From the NCBI RefSeq assembly GCF_009914755.1, contig NC_060948.1: a stretch of DNA of 64,000 nucleotides. One strand, 5' to 3'. The DNA comes from the human T2T-CHM13v2.0 reference genome, Homo sapiens. Below, one piece after another: positions 13,601 through 28,514 of the stretch; position 1 is the stretch's first letter; the number at the start of each line of letters is the position of its first letter. A program made the position numbers and the translations under genes. The notes beneath the pieces were generated by a model, which had not been told where the DNA came from, ran no database searches, and saw only the letters and a program-made list of their open reading frames with translations.

Positions 13601-14250
13601 GGAATCAAATCAAATGGAATGGAAAGGAATTGAATGGAGTAGATGGGATTGGATGGGATTGGAATGAAATGTACTGGAAAGGACTCGAATTTCATGAAAC
13701 GGAATGGAATGAATTGGAACGGAATGGACTCGAATGGAATGGAATGTCATGGGATGGCATCAAATGGAATGGCATCAAATGGAATGGAATCGAATGCAAT
13801 GGAATGCTATGGAATGGAATGGAATGCATTGGAATGGAATGTCCTCTAATGGAATGGATTCGAGTGGAATGGAATCGAATATAATGGAGTCGAATGAAAT
13901 GGAATTGAAAGGAATGGGATCGAATACAATGGAATATACTGGAATGTAACGTAATGAACTCGAATGTAATTGACTGGAATGGAATGTACATGAATGGAAT
14001 GTAATCGAATGGAAAGTAATCCAATGGAATAGAATCTAATGCAATAAAATCGACTCAGATAGAGTAGAATGTAATGGAATGGAGTGCAGTGCAATGGAAT
14101 GGAATGGAATGGAATGCAATGGAATGGAATGGAATGGAATGGAATGGGATGGAATGGAATGGGATGGAATTGTATGGAATGGATAGTCATGGACTGGAGT
14201 GAAATGGACTGGAAAGGAATGGACTCAAATTGAAAGGGCTCGAAAGGAAT
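10698..14250 (+). repeat. DYZ1 monomer 4 (3553 bp)
   Basis: Landmark recurrence; 1-bp deletion at 11518. Confidence 0.92.
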
Positions 14251-17200
14251 GGAGTCCAATGGAATGATCTGGAATGGAATGAACACGAATGTAATGCAAC
14301 CCAATAGAATGGAATCGAATGGCATGGAATATAAAGAAATGGAATCGAAGAGAATGGAAACAAATGGAATGGAATTGAATGGAATGGAATTGAATGGAAT
14401 GGGAACGAATGGAGTGAAATTGTATGCAGTAGAAGAGAATAGAATGGAATGCAAGCGAAAGGAAAGGAATGGATTGGAATGGAATGGAATTCATTGGAAT
14501 GGAAGGGAATGTAGTGTAATGGACAGGCCTGGAATAAAGTGGAATGCTACGGTCTCGAATGGAATAAAAATGTATGGAATGGAATGCAATGAAACGGAAT
14601 CGAATGTCATAGAATGTAATGGAATGCAAAAAAATGGAATCCAAAATCATTGACTGGAAAGGCTGGGTGTTGAAAGGAATTGACTCCAATGGAATGGAAT
14701 CGAATGGAATGGAAGTGAATAGAATCGAACTAAATCGAATGGAATGGAATTGATAGGAACGGAATGGAAAGGAATGCAATGATTTGGCATGGAATGGAAT
14801 CGAATGGCATCGAATGGAATGGAATGGAATGCAATGGAATGGAATGTATTAGAATGTAATGAACTTTAATGGAATGTACTCGAATGGATTCGACTGGAAT
14901 GGAATGTTCTGGAAGTAAATGGACTCCAATGGAATGGATACAAAAGGAATGGAATAGTACGGAATGCAATCTAATGGAATGGAATTAAATGGAAATGAAT
15001 CAAATTGAATAGCACGGAATTGAATTGAATGGAATGGAATGCAATGGAATCTAATGAAACGGAAAGGAAAGGAATGGAATGGAATGGAATGGGCTGGAAT
15101 GGAAAGGAATCGAAACGAATGGAATGGAATCGAACTGAAGAGACTGGAATGGAATGCACTAGAATGGAAGGGAGTGTAGTGGAAGGTTCTCGAAAAAAAT
15201 GGAATCGAATGGAATGCAATTGAATGGAACGGAATAGAGTCGAATGCAATTGAATGGAATGGAATGGACTAGAGTGAAATGGAATCGAACCACAAGGAAT
15301 GGACAGGAATAGAATGGTCTCGAATTGAATGGAATCGTATGGAATGGCATCAAACGGAATGGAATGGACAGCCACGGAATGGAATGCACTCGAATGCAAT
15401 GGACTCGAAACTAATGGACTGGAATAGAATGGACTCGACTGGTATGGACTCCAATGGAATGGAATCGAATGGAAGGGAATCGAACGGAATGGACTCGAAG
15501 GGAAAAGACTGCAATGGAAAGGTCTCGAATGGAATGGAAATTAATGGAATGGAATGGAATCGAATGAAATGGAGGCAAAAGGAATGGAATCGAATGGCAA
15601 GAAATCGAATGTAATGGAATCGCAAGGAATTGATGTGAACGGAACGGAATGGAATGGAATCCAAAGGAATGGAATAGAATGGAATGGAATCGAATGCAAA
15701 GGACTCGAATGGAAATCACTCGAATAGAATGCAATTTAATAAAATAGGATCAAATGTAATGGAATGGAATGGAAAGGAATCGAAACGAAAGGAATGGAGA
15801 CAGATGGAATGGAATGGAACAGAGAGCAATGGTATAGAATGGAATGGAATCATCTAGAATGTAATTGAATGGAATGGAATAATATGAAATGGAATGGAAT
15901 GGAATGGAATGCCCTTGAATTAAATGGACTGGAATGGAATGGACTCGAACAGAGTGGAATGGAAAGTGTTGAGATAGAATGGAATGGACTCCTTTGGAAT
16001 GGTGTAGTATGGAATGCAATCGACTGGCAGGGAATCAAAAGGAATGTAATCGAATGGATTGGACTGGAATGCAATGGACTCGAATCGATTGGAAACGGAA
16101 TGCAAAGGAATGGAATGGAATAGTATGGAATGGAATGGAAAGGAATGGAGTGGAATAGACTAGAGTGGAATGGAATGGACTGGAAAGCAATGGACTGGAA
16201 TGGAACTTTCTTGAATGGACTGGAATCAAACGGAATGGAATGCAATGCAATCAAATGGCATGGAATAAAATAGAATGAAAGAGAATCAAATGGAATTGAA
16301 TCGAATGGAATCGAATGGATTGGAAAGGAATAGAATGGAATGGAATGGAATTGACTCAAATGGAATGGACTAGAATGGAATGGATTCGAATGGAAGGCAA
16401 AGGAATGGAATCTATTGGAATGGACTGTAATGGAATGGAATGGAAGGGATTGGAATGGACTCGAATGGAATGGACTGCAATAGAAAGGATTCGAATGGAA
16501 TGAAAAAGAATTGAATGGAATAGAACAGAATGGAATCAAATCGAATGAAATGGAATGGAATAGAAAGGAATGGAATGAAATGGAATGGAAAGGATTCGAA
16601 TGGAATGCAATCGAATGGAATGGAATCGAACGGAATGGAATAAAATGGAAGAAAACTGGCAAGAAATGGAATCGAAATGAATGGAGTGTTATGGAACGGA
16701 CTCAAAAGGAATTGAATGTAATAGAATGGAGTGGAGTGGACTCGAATATAATGGACTGGAATGGAATGAAATCACATGGAATGGGAACGAATGGAATGGA
16801 ATGGAAAGGAATGGAATCGAATGGAAAGGAATCGAATGGAAGGGAATGAAATTGAATCAACACGAATGGAAGGGAATAGAATAGACTGTAATGGAATGGA
16901 CTCGAATAGAATGGACACGAATGCTCAAATTAAATGGACTCGAATGGAATGGAAACGAAAGGAATGTCATCGAATGGAATTGAATCGATTGGAATGAAAT
17001 CGCATAGAATGGAGTGGAATCAAATGGAATTGAATCGAAAGGAAAGGAAGCGAATGGACTGAAATGAAATGGAATGGAATTGAATGGAAAGTAATGCAAT
17101 GGAATAGAATGGAACGAAATTTCACGGAATGGAATCAAACTGAATGGAATCAAATAAATGGAATCAAATCAAATGGAATGGAAAGGAATTGAATGGAGTA

Positions 17201-17809
17201 GATTGGATTGGATGGGATTGGAATGAAATGTACTGGAAAGGACTCGAATTTCATGAAACGGAATGGAATGAATTGGAACGGAATGGACTCGAATGGAATG
17301 GAATGTCATGGAATGGCATCAAATGGAATGGCATCAAATGGAATGGAATCGAATGCAATGGAATGCTATGGGATGGAATGGAATGCATTGGAATATAATG
17401 TCCTCTAATGGAATGGATTCGAGTGGAATGGAATCGAATATAATGGAGTCGAATGAAAAGGAATTGAAAGGAATGGGATCGAATACAATGGAATATACTG
17501 GAATGTAATGTAATGAACTCGAATGTAATTGACTGGAATGGAATGTACATGAATGGAATGTAATCGAATGGAAAGTAATCCAATGGAATAGAATCTAATG
17601 CAATAAAATCGACTCAGATAGAGTAGAATGTAATGGAATGGAGTGCAGTGCAATGGAATGGAATGGAATGGAATGCAATGGAATGGAATGGAATGGAATG
17701 GAATGGAATGGAATGGAATGGGATGGAATGGTATGGAATGGATAGTAATGGACTGGAATGAAATGGACTGGAAAAGAATGGACTCAAATTGAAAGGGCTC
17801 GAAAGCAAT
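14251..17809 (+). repeat. DYZ1 monomer 5 (3559 bp)
   Basis: Landmark recurrence; many private substitutions in the left half. Confidence 0.92.
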
Positions 17810-20800
17810 GGAGTCAAATGGAATGGTCTGGAATGGAATGAACACGAATGTAATGCAATCCAATAGAATGGAATCGAATGGCATGGAATATAAAGAAATG
17901 GAATCGAAGAGAATGGAAACAAATGGAATGGAATTGAATGGAATGGAATTGAATGGAATGGGAACGAATGGAGTGAAATTGTATGCAGTAGAAGAGAATA
18001 GAATGGAATGCAAGCGAAAGGAAAGGAATGGATTGCAATGGAATGGAATTCATTGAAATGGAAGGAAATGTAGTGTAATAGACAGGCCTGGAATAAAGTG
18101 GAATGCTACGGTCTCGAATGGAATAAAAATGTATGGAATGGAATGCAATGAAACGGAATCGAATGTCATAGAATGTAATGGAATGCAAAAAAATGGAATC
18201 CAAAATCATTGACTGGAAAGGCTGGGTGTCGAAAGGAATTGACTCCAATGGAATGGAATCGAATGGAATGGAATCGAATGGAATGGAAGTGAATAGAATC
18301 GAACTAAATCGAATGGAATGGAATTGATAGGAACGGAATGGAAAGGAATGCAATGATTTGGCATGGAATGGAATCGAATGGCATCGAATGGAATGGAATG
18401 GAATGCAATGGAATGGAATGTATTAGAATGTAATGAACATTAATGGAATGTACTCGAATGGATTCGACTGGAATGGAATGTTCTGGAAGTGAATGGACTC
18501 CAATGGAATGGATTCGAAAGGAATGGAATCGAACGGAATGGAATCTAATGGAATGGAATTAAATGGAAATGAATCAAATTGAATAGCACGGAATTGAATT
18601 GAATGGAATCGAATGCAATGGAATCTAATGAAACGGAAAGGAAAGGAATGGAATGGAATAGAATGGGCTGGAATGGAAAGGAATCGAAACGAATGGAATG
18701 GAATCGAACTGAAGAGACTGGAATGGAATGCACTGGAATGGAAGGGATTGTAATGGAAGGTTCTCGAAAATAATGGAAGCAAATGGAATGGAATTGAATG
18801 GAACGGAATAGAGTCGAATGGAATTGAATGGAATGGAATGGACTAGAGTGAAATGGAATCGAACCACAAGGAATGGACAGGAATAGAATGGTCTCGAATT
18901 GAATGGAATCGTATGGAATGGCATCAAACGGAATGGAATGGACAGCCACGGAATGGAATGCACTCGAATGCAATGGAGTCGAAACTTATGGACTGGAATA
19001 GAATGGACTCGACTGGTACGGACTCCAATGGAATGGAATCGAATGGAAGGGATTCGAACGGAATGTACTCGAAGGGAAAAGACTGCAATGGAAAGGTCTC
19101 GAATGGAATGGTAATTAATGGAATGGAATGGAATCGAATGAAATGGAGTCAAAAGGAATGGAATCGAATGGCAAGAAATCGAATGTAATGGAATCGCAAG
19201 GAATTGATGTGAACGGAACGGAATGGAATGGAATCCAAAGGAATGGAATAGAATGGAATGGAATCGAATGGAAAGGACTCGAATGGAAATCACTCGAATG
19301 GAATGAAATTTAATAAAATAGGATCAAATGTAATGGAATGGAATGGAAAGGAATCGAAACGAAAGGAATGGAGACAGATGGAATGGAATGGAACAGAGAG
19401 CAATGGTATAGAATGGAATGGAATCATCTGGAATGGAATTGAATGGAATGGAATAATATGAAATGGAATGGAATGGAATGGAATGGAATGGAATGGAATG
19501 CCCTTGAATTAAATGGACTGGAATGGAATGGACTCGAACAGAGTGGAATGGAAAGTGTTGAGATAGAATGGAATGGACTCCTTTGGAATGGTGTAGTATG
19601 CAATGCAATCGACTGGCAGGGAATCAAAAGGAATGTAATGGAATGGATTGGACTGGAATGCAATGGACTCGAATAGATTGGAAACGGAATGCAAAGGAAT
19701 GGAATGGAATAGTATGGAATGGAATGGAAAGGAATGGAGTGGAATAGACTAGAGTGGAATGGAATGGACTGGAAAGCAATGGACTGGAATGGAACTTTCT
19801 TGAATGGACTGGAATCAAACGCAATGGAATGCAATGCAATCAAATGGCATGGAATAAAATAGAATGAAAGAGAATCAAATGGAATTGAATCGAATGGAAT
19901 CGAATGGATTGGAAAGGAATAGAATGGAATGGAATGGAATTGACTCAAATGGAATGGACTAGAATGGAATGGATTCGAATGGAAGGCAAAGGAATGGAAT
20001 CTATTGGAATGGACTGTAATGGAATGGAATGGAAGGGATTGGAATGGACTCGAATGGAATGGACTGCAATAGAAAGGATTCGAATGGAATGAAAAAGAAT
20101 TGAATGGAATAGAACAGAATGGAATCAAATCGAATGAAATGGAATGGAATAGAAAGGAATGGAATGAAATGGAATGGAAAGGATTCGAATGGAATGCAAT
20201 CGAATGGAATGGAATCGAACGGAATGGAATAAAATGGAAGAAAACTGGCAAGAAATGGAATCGAAATGAATGGAGTGTTATGGAACGGACTCAAAAGGAA
20301 TTGAATGTAATAGAATGGAGTGGAGTGGACTCGAATATAATGGACTGGAATGGAATGAAATCACATGGAATGGGAACGAATGGAATGGAATGGAAAGGAA
20401 TGGAATCGAATGGAAAGGAATCGAATGGAAGGGAATGAAATTGAATCAACAGGAATGGAAGGGAATAGAATAGACGGTAATGGAATGGACTCGAATAGAA
20501 TGGACACGAATGCTCAAATTGAATGGACTCGAATGGAATGGAAACGAAAGGAATGTCATCGAATGGAATTGAATCGATTGGAATGAAATCGCATAGAATG
20601 GAGTGGAATCAAATGGAATTGAATCGAAAGGAAAGGAAGCGAATGGACTGAAATGAAATGGAATGGAAATGAATGGAAAGTAATGCAATGGAATAGAATG
20701 GAACGAAATTTCACGGAATGGAATCAAACTGAATGGAATCAAATCAATGGAATCAAATCAAATGGAATGGAGAAGATTGGATTGGATGGGATTGGAATGA

Positions 20801-21378
20801 AATGTACTGGAAAGGACTCGAATTTCATGAAACGGAATGGAATGAATTGGAACGGAATGGACTCGAATGGAATGGAATGTCATAGAATGGCATCAAATGG
20901 AATGGCATCAAATGGAATGGAATCGAATGCAATGGAATGCTATGGAATGGAATGGAATGCATTGGAATGGAATGTCCTCTAATGGAATGGATTCGAGTGG
21001 AATGGAATCGAATATAATGGAGTCGAATGAAATGGAATTGAAAGGAATGGGATCGAATACAATGGAATATACTGGAATGTAATGTAATGAACTCGAATGT
21101 AATTGACTGGAATGGAATGTACATGAATGGAATGTAATCGAATGGAAAGTAATCCAATGGAATAGAATCTAATGCAATAAAATCGACTCAGATAGAGTAG
21201 AATGTAATGGAATGGAGTGCAGTGCAATGGAATGGAATGGAATGGAATGCAATGGAATGGAATGGAATGGAATGGAATGGAATGGAATGGGATGGAATGG
21301 TATGGAATGGATAGTAATGGACTGGAGTGAAATGGACTGGAAAGGAATGGACTCAAATTGAAAGGGCTCGAAAGGAAT
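17810..21378 (+). repeat. DYZ1 monomer 6 (3569 bp)
   Basis: Landmark recurrence; close relative of monomer 3. Confidence 0.92.
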
Positions 21379-24300
21379 GGAGTCAAATGGAATGGTCTGG
21401 AATGGAATGAACACGAATGTAATGCAATCCAATAGAATGGAATCGAATGGCATGGAATATAAAGAAATGGAATCGAAGAGAATGGAAACAAATGGAATGG
21501 AATTGAATGGAATGGAATTGAATGGAATGGGAACGAATGGAGTGAAATTGTATGCAGTAGAAGGGAATAGAATGGAATGCAACCGAAAGGAAAGGAATGG
21601 ATTGGAATGGAATGGAATTCATTGGAATGGAAGGGAATGTAGTGTAATGGACAGGCCTGGAATAAAGTGGAATGCTACGGTCTCGAATGGAATAAAAATG
21701 TATGGAATGGAATGCAATGAAACGGAATCGAATGTCATAGAATGTAATGGAATGCAAAAAAATGGAATCCAAAATCATTGAATGGAAAGGCTGGGTGTCG
21801 AAAGGAATTGACTGCAATGGAATGGAATCGAATGGAATGGAAGTGAATAGAATCGAACTAAATCGAATGGAATGGAATTGATAGGAACGGAATGGAAAGG
21901 AATGCAATGATTTGGCATGGAATGGAATCGAATGGCATCGAATGGAATGGAATGGAATGCAATGGAATGGAATGTATTAGAATGTAATGAACATTAGTGG
22001 AATGTACTCGAATGGATTCGACTGGAATGGAATGTTCTGGAAGTGAATGGACTCCAATGGAATGGATTCGAAAGGAATGGAATCGAACGGAATGGAATCT
22101 AATGGAATGGAATTAAATGGAAATGAATCAAATTGAATAGCACGGAATTGAATTGAATGGAATCGAATGCAATGGAATCTAATGAAACGGAAAGGAAAGA
22201 ATGGAATGGAATAGAATGGGCTGGAATGGAAAGGAATCGAAACGAATGGAATGGAATCGAACTGAAGAGACTGGAATGGAATGCACTGGAATAGAAGGGA
22301 GTGTAATGGAAGGTTCTCGAAAAAAATGGAATCGAATGGAATGGAATTGAATGGAACGGAATAGAGTCGAATGGAATTGAATGGAATGGAATGGACTAGA
22401 GTGAAATGGAATCGAACCACAAGGAATGGAGAGGAATAGAATGGTCTCGAATTGAATGGAATCGTATGGAATGGCATCAAACGGAATGGAATGGACAGCC
22501 ACGGAATGGAATGCACTCGAATGCAATGGAGTCGAAACTAATGGACTGGAATAGAATGGACTCGACTGGTACGGACTCCAATGGAATGGAATCGAATGGA
22601 AGGGAATCGAACGGAATGGACTCGAAGGGAAAAGACTGCAATGGAAAGGTCTCGAATGGAATGGAAATTAATGGAATGGAATGGAATCGAATGAAATGGA
22701 GTCAAAAGGAATGGAATCGAATGGCAAGAAATCGAATGTAATGGAATCGCAAGGAATTGATGTGAACGGAACGGAATGGAATGGAATCCAAAGGAATGGA
22801 ATAGAATGGAATGGAATCGAATGGAAAGGACTCGAATGGAAATCACTCGAATAGAATGCAATTTAATAAAATAGGATCAAATGTAATAGAATGGAATGGA
22901 AAGGAATCGAAACGGAAGGAATGGAGACAGATGGAATGGAATGGAACAGAGAGCAATGGTATAGAATGGAATGGAATCATCTGGAATGGAATTGAATGGA
23001 ATGGAATAATATGAAATGGAATGGAATGGAATGGAATGGAATGCCCTTGAATTAAATGGACTGGAATGGAATGGACTCGAACAGAGTGGAATGGAAAGTG
23101 TTGAGATAGAATGGAATGGACTCCTTTGGAATGGTGCAGTATGCAATGCAATCGACTGGCAGGGAATCAAAAGGAATGTAATCGAATGGATTGGACTGGA
23201 ATGCAATGGACTCGAATAGATTGGAAACGGAATGCAAAGGAATGGAATGGAATAGTATGGAATGCAATGGAAGGGAATGGAGTGGAATAGACTAGAGTGG
23301 AATGGAATGGACTGGAAAGCAATGGACTGGAATGGAACTTTCTTGGATGGATTGGAATCAAACGGAATGGAATGCAATGCAATCAAATGGCATGGAATAA
23401 AATAGAATGAAAGAGAATCAAATGGAATTGAATCGAATGGAATCGAATGGATTGGAAAGGAATAGAATGGAATGGAATGGAATGGACTAGAATGGAATGG
23501 ATTCGAATGGAAGGCAAAGGAATGGAATCTATTGGAATGGACTGTAATGGAATGGAATGGCAGGGATTGGAATGGACTCGAATGGAATGGACTGCAATAG
23601 AAAGGATTCGAATGGAATGAAAAAGAATTGAATGGAATAGAACAGAATGGAATCAAATCGAATGAAATGGAATGGAATAGAAAGGAATGGAATGAAATGG
23701 AATGGAAAGGATTCGAATGGAATGCAATCGAATGGAATGGAATCGAACGGAATGGAATAAAATGGAAGAAAACTGGCAAGAAATGGAATCGAAATGAATG
23801 GAGTGTTATGGAACGGACTCAAAAGGAATTGAATGTAATAGAATGGAGTGGAGTGGACTCGAATATAATGGACTGGAATGGAATGATATCACATGGAATG
23901 GGAACGAATGGAATGGATTGGAAAGGAATGGAATCGAATGGAAAGGAATCGAATGGAAGGGAATGAAATTGAATCAACAGGAATGGAAGAGAATAGAATA
24001 GACGGTAATGGAATGGACTCGAATAGAATGGACAGGAATGCTCAAATTAAATGGACTCGAATGGAATGGAAACGAAAGGAATGTCATCGAATGGAATTGA
24101 ATCGATTGGAATGAAATCGCATAGAATGGAGTGGAATCAAATGGAATTGAATCGAAAGGAAAGGAAGCGAATGGACTGAAATGAAATGGAATGGAATTGA
24201 ATGGAAAGTAATGCAATGGAATAGAATGGAGCGAAATTTCACGGAATGGAATCAAACTGAATGGAATCAAATCAATGGAATCAAATCAAATGGAATGGAA

Positions 24301-24941
24301 AGGAATTGAATGGAGTAGATGGGATTGGATGGGATTGGAATGAAATGTACTGGAAAGGACTCGAATTTCATGAAACGGAATGGAATGAATTGGAACGGAA
24401 TGGACTCGAATGGAATGGAATGTCATGGGATGGCATCAAATGGAATGGCATCAAATGGAATGGAATCGAATGCAATGGAATGCTATGGAATGGAATGGAA
24501 TGCATTGGAATGGAATGTCCTCTAATGGAATGGATTCGAGTGGAATGGAATTGAATATAATGGAGTCGAATGAAATGGAATTGAAAGGAATGGGATCGAA
24601 TACAATGGAATATACTGGAATGTAACGTAATGAACTCGAATGTAATTGACTGGAATGGAATGTACATGAATGGAATGTAATCGAATGGAAAGTAATCCAA
24701 TGGAATAGAATCTAATGCAATAAAATCGACTCAGATAGAGTAGAATGTAATGGAATGGAGTGCAGTGCAATGGAATGGAATGGAATGGAATGCAATGGAA
24801 TGGAATGGAATGGAATGGAATGGAATGGAATGGAATGGAATGGAATGGAATGGGTTGGAATGGTATGGAATGGATAGTAATGGACTGGAGTGAAATGGAC
24901 TGGAAAGGAATGGACTCAAATTGAAAGGGCTCGAAAGGAAT
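21379..24941 (+). repeat. DYZ1 monomer 7 (3563 bp)
   Basis: Landmark recurrence; close relative of monomer 4; private 15-bp deletion near 23480. Confidence 0.92.
24797..24851 (+). repeat. Pure (GGAAT)11 run; example of the length-variable tract at the end of each monomer
   Basis: Perfect pentamers between GCAAT and GGG[A/T]T; 11 copies in monomers 7, 12 and 14, 6 in monomer 16, 5 in monomer 13. Confidence 0.85.
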
Positions 24942-27900
24942 GGAGTCAAATGGAATGGTCTGGAATGGAATGAACACGAATGTAATGCAACCCAATAGAA
25001 TGGAATCGAATGGCATGGAATATAAAGAAATGGAATCGAAGAGAATGGAAACAAATGGAATGGAATTGAATGGAATGGAATTGAATGGAATGGGAACGAA
25101 TGGAGTGAAATTATATGCAGTAGAAGAGAATAGAATGGAATGCAAGCGAAAGGAAAGGAATGGATTGGAATGGAATGGAATTCATTGGAATGGAAGGGAA
25201 TGTAGTGTAATGGACAGGCCTGGAATAAAGTGGAATGCTACGGTCTCGAATGGAATAAAAATGTATGGAATGGAATGCAATGAAACGGAATCGAATGTCA
25301 TAGAATGTAATGGAATGCAAAAAAATGGAATCCAAAATCATTGACTGGAAAGGCTGGGTGTCGAAAGGAATTGACTCCAATGGAATGGAATCGAATGGAA
25401 TGGAAGTGAATAGAATCGAACTAAATCGAATGGAATGGAATTCATAGGAACGGAATGGAAAGGAATGCAATGATTTGGCATGGAATGGAATCGAATGGCA
25501 TCGAATGGAATGGAATGGAATGCAATGGAATGGAATGTATTAGAATGTAATGAACTTTAATGGAATGTACTCGAATGGATTCGACTGGAATGGAATGTTC
25601 TGGAAGTGAATGGACTCCAATGGAATGGATTCAAAAGGAATGGAATCGTACGGAATGGAATCTAATGGAATGGAATTAAATGGAAATGAATCAAATTGAA
25701 TAGCACGGAATTGAATTGAATGGAATGGAATGCAATGGAATCTAATAAACGGAAAGGAAAGGAATGGAATGGAATGGGCTGGAATGGAAAGGAATCGAAA
25801 CGAATGGAATGGAATCGAAGTGAAGAGACTGGAATGGAATGCACTGGAATGGAAGGGAGTGTAATGGAAGGTTCTCGAAAAAAATGGAATCGAATGGAAT
25901 GGAATTGAATGGAACGGAATAGAGTCGAATGGAATTGAATGGAATGGAATGGACTAGAGTGAAATGGAATCGAACCACAAGGAATGGACAGGAATAGAAT
26001 GGTCTCGAATTGAATGGAATCGTATGGAATGGCATCAAACGGAATGGAATGGACAGCCACGGAATGGAATGCACTCGAATGCAATGGAGTCGAAACTAAT
26101 GGACTGGAATAGAATGGACTCGACTGGTACGGACTCCAATGGAATGGAATCGAATGGAAGGGAATCGAACGGAAGGGAATCGAACGGAATGGACTCGAAG
26201 GGAAAAGACTGCAATGGAAAGGTCTCGAATGGAATGGAAATTAATGGAATGGAATGGAATCGAATGAAATGGAGTCAAAAGGAATGGAATCGAATGGCAA
26301 GAAATCGAATGTAATGGAATCGCCAGGAATTGATGTGAACGGAACGGAATGGAATGGAATCCAAAGGAATGGAATAGAATGGAATGGAATCGAATGGAAA
26401 GGACTCGAATGGAAATCACTCGAATAGAATGCAATTTAATAAAATAGGATCAAATGTAATGGAATGGAATGGAAAGGAATCGAAACGAAAGGAATGGAGA
26501 CAGATGGAATGGAATGGAACAGAGAGCAATGGTATAGAATGGAATGGAATCATCTGGAATGGAATTGAATGGAATGGAATAATATGAAATGGAATGGAAT
26601 GGAATGGAATGGAATGACCTTGAATTAAATGGACTGGAATGGAATGGACTCAAACAGAGTGGAATGGAAAGTGTGGAGATAGAATGGAATGAACTCCTTT
26701 GGAATGGTGTAGTATGCAATGCAATCGACTGGCAGGGAATCAAAAGGAATGTAATCGAATGGATTGGACTGGAATGCAATGGACTCGAATAGATTGGAAA
26801 CGGAATGCAAAGGAATGGAATGGAATAGTATGGAATGCAATGGAAGGGAATGGAGTGGAATAGACTAGAGTGGAATGGAATGGACTGGAAAGCAATGGAC
26901 TGGAATGGAACTTTCTTGGATGGACTGGAATCAAACGGAATGGAATGCAATGCAATCAAATGGCATGGAATAAAATAGAATGAAAGAGAATCAAATGGAA
27001 TTGAATCGAATGGAATCGAATGGATTGGAAAGGAATAGAATGGAATGGAATGGAATTGACTCAAATGGAATGGACTAGAATGGAATGGATTCGAATGGAA
27101 GGCAAAGGAATGGAATCTATTGGAATGGACTGTAATGGAATGGAATGGAAGGGATTGGAATGGACTCGAATGGAATGGACTGCAATAGAAAGGATTCGAA
27201 TGGAATGAAAAAGAATTGAATGGAATAGAACAGAATGGAATCAAATCGAATGAAATGGAATGGAATAGAAAGGAATGGAATGAAATGGAATGGAAAGGAT
27301 TCGAATGGAATGCAATCGAATGGAATGGAATCGAACGGAATGGAATAAAATGGAAGAAAACTGGCAAGAAATGGAATCGAAATGAATGGAGTGTTATGGA
27401 ACGGACTCAAAAGGAATTGAATGTAACAGAATGGAGTGGAGTGGACTCGAATATAATGGACTGGAATGGAATGAAATCACATGGAATGGGAACGAATGGA
27501 ATGGAATGGAAAGGAATGGAATCGAATGGAAAGGAATCGAATGGAAGGGAATGAAATTGAATCAACAGGAATGGAAGGGAATAGAATAGACGGTAATGGA
27601 ATGGACTCGAATAGAATGGACACGAATGCTCAAATTGAATGGACTCGAATGGAATGGAAACGAAAGGAATGTCATCGAATGGAATTGAATCGATTGGAAT
27701 GAAATCGCATAGAATGGAGTGGAATCAAATGGAATTGAATCGAAAGGAAAGGAAGCGAATGGACTGAAATGAAATGGAATGGAATTGAATGGAAAGTAAT
27801 GCAATGGAATAGAATGGAACGAAATTTCACGGAATGGAATCAAACTGAATGGAATCAAATCAATGGAATCAAATCAAATGGAATGGAAAGGAATTGAATG

Positions 27901-28514
27901 GAGTAGATGGGATTGGATGGGATTGGAATGAAATGTACTGGAAAGGACTCGAATTTCATGAAACGGAATGGAATGAATTGGAACGGAATGGACTCGAATG
28001 GAATGGAATGTCATGGGATGGCATCAAATGTAATGGCATCAAATGGAATGGAATCGAATGCAATGGAATGCTATGGAATGGAATGGAATGCATTGGAATG
28101 GAATGTCCTCTAATGGAATGGATTCGAGTGGAATGGAATTGAATATAATGTAGTCGAATGAAATGGAATTGAAAGGAATGGGATCGAATACAATGGAATA
28201 TACTGGAATGTAACGTAATGAACTCGAATGTAATTGACTGGAATGGCATGTACATGAATGGAATGTAATCGAATGGAAAGTAATCCAATGGAATAGAATC
28301 TAATGCAATAAAATCGACTCAGATAGAGTAGAATGTAATGGAATGGAGTGCAGTGCAATGGAATGGAATGGAATGGAATGCAATGGAATGGAATGGAATG
28401 GAATGGAATGGAATGGAATGGAATGGGATGGAATGGTATGGAATGGATAGTAATGGACTGGAGTGAAATGGACTGGAAAGGAATGGACTCAAATTGAAAG
28501 GTCTCGAAAGGAAT
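24942..28514 (+). repeat. DYZ1 monomer 8 (3573 bp)
   Basis: Landmark recurrence; 15-bp duplication at 26156-26185. Confidence 0.92.
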
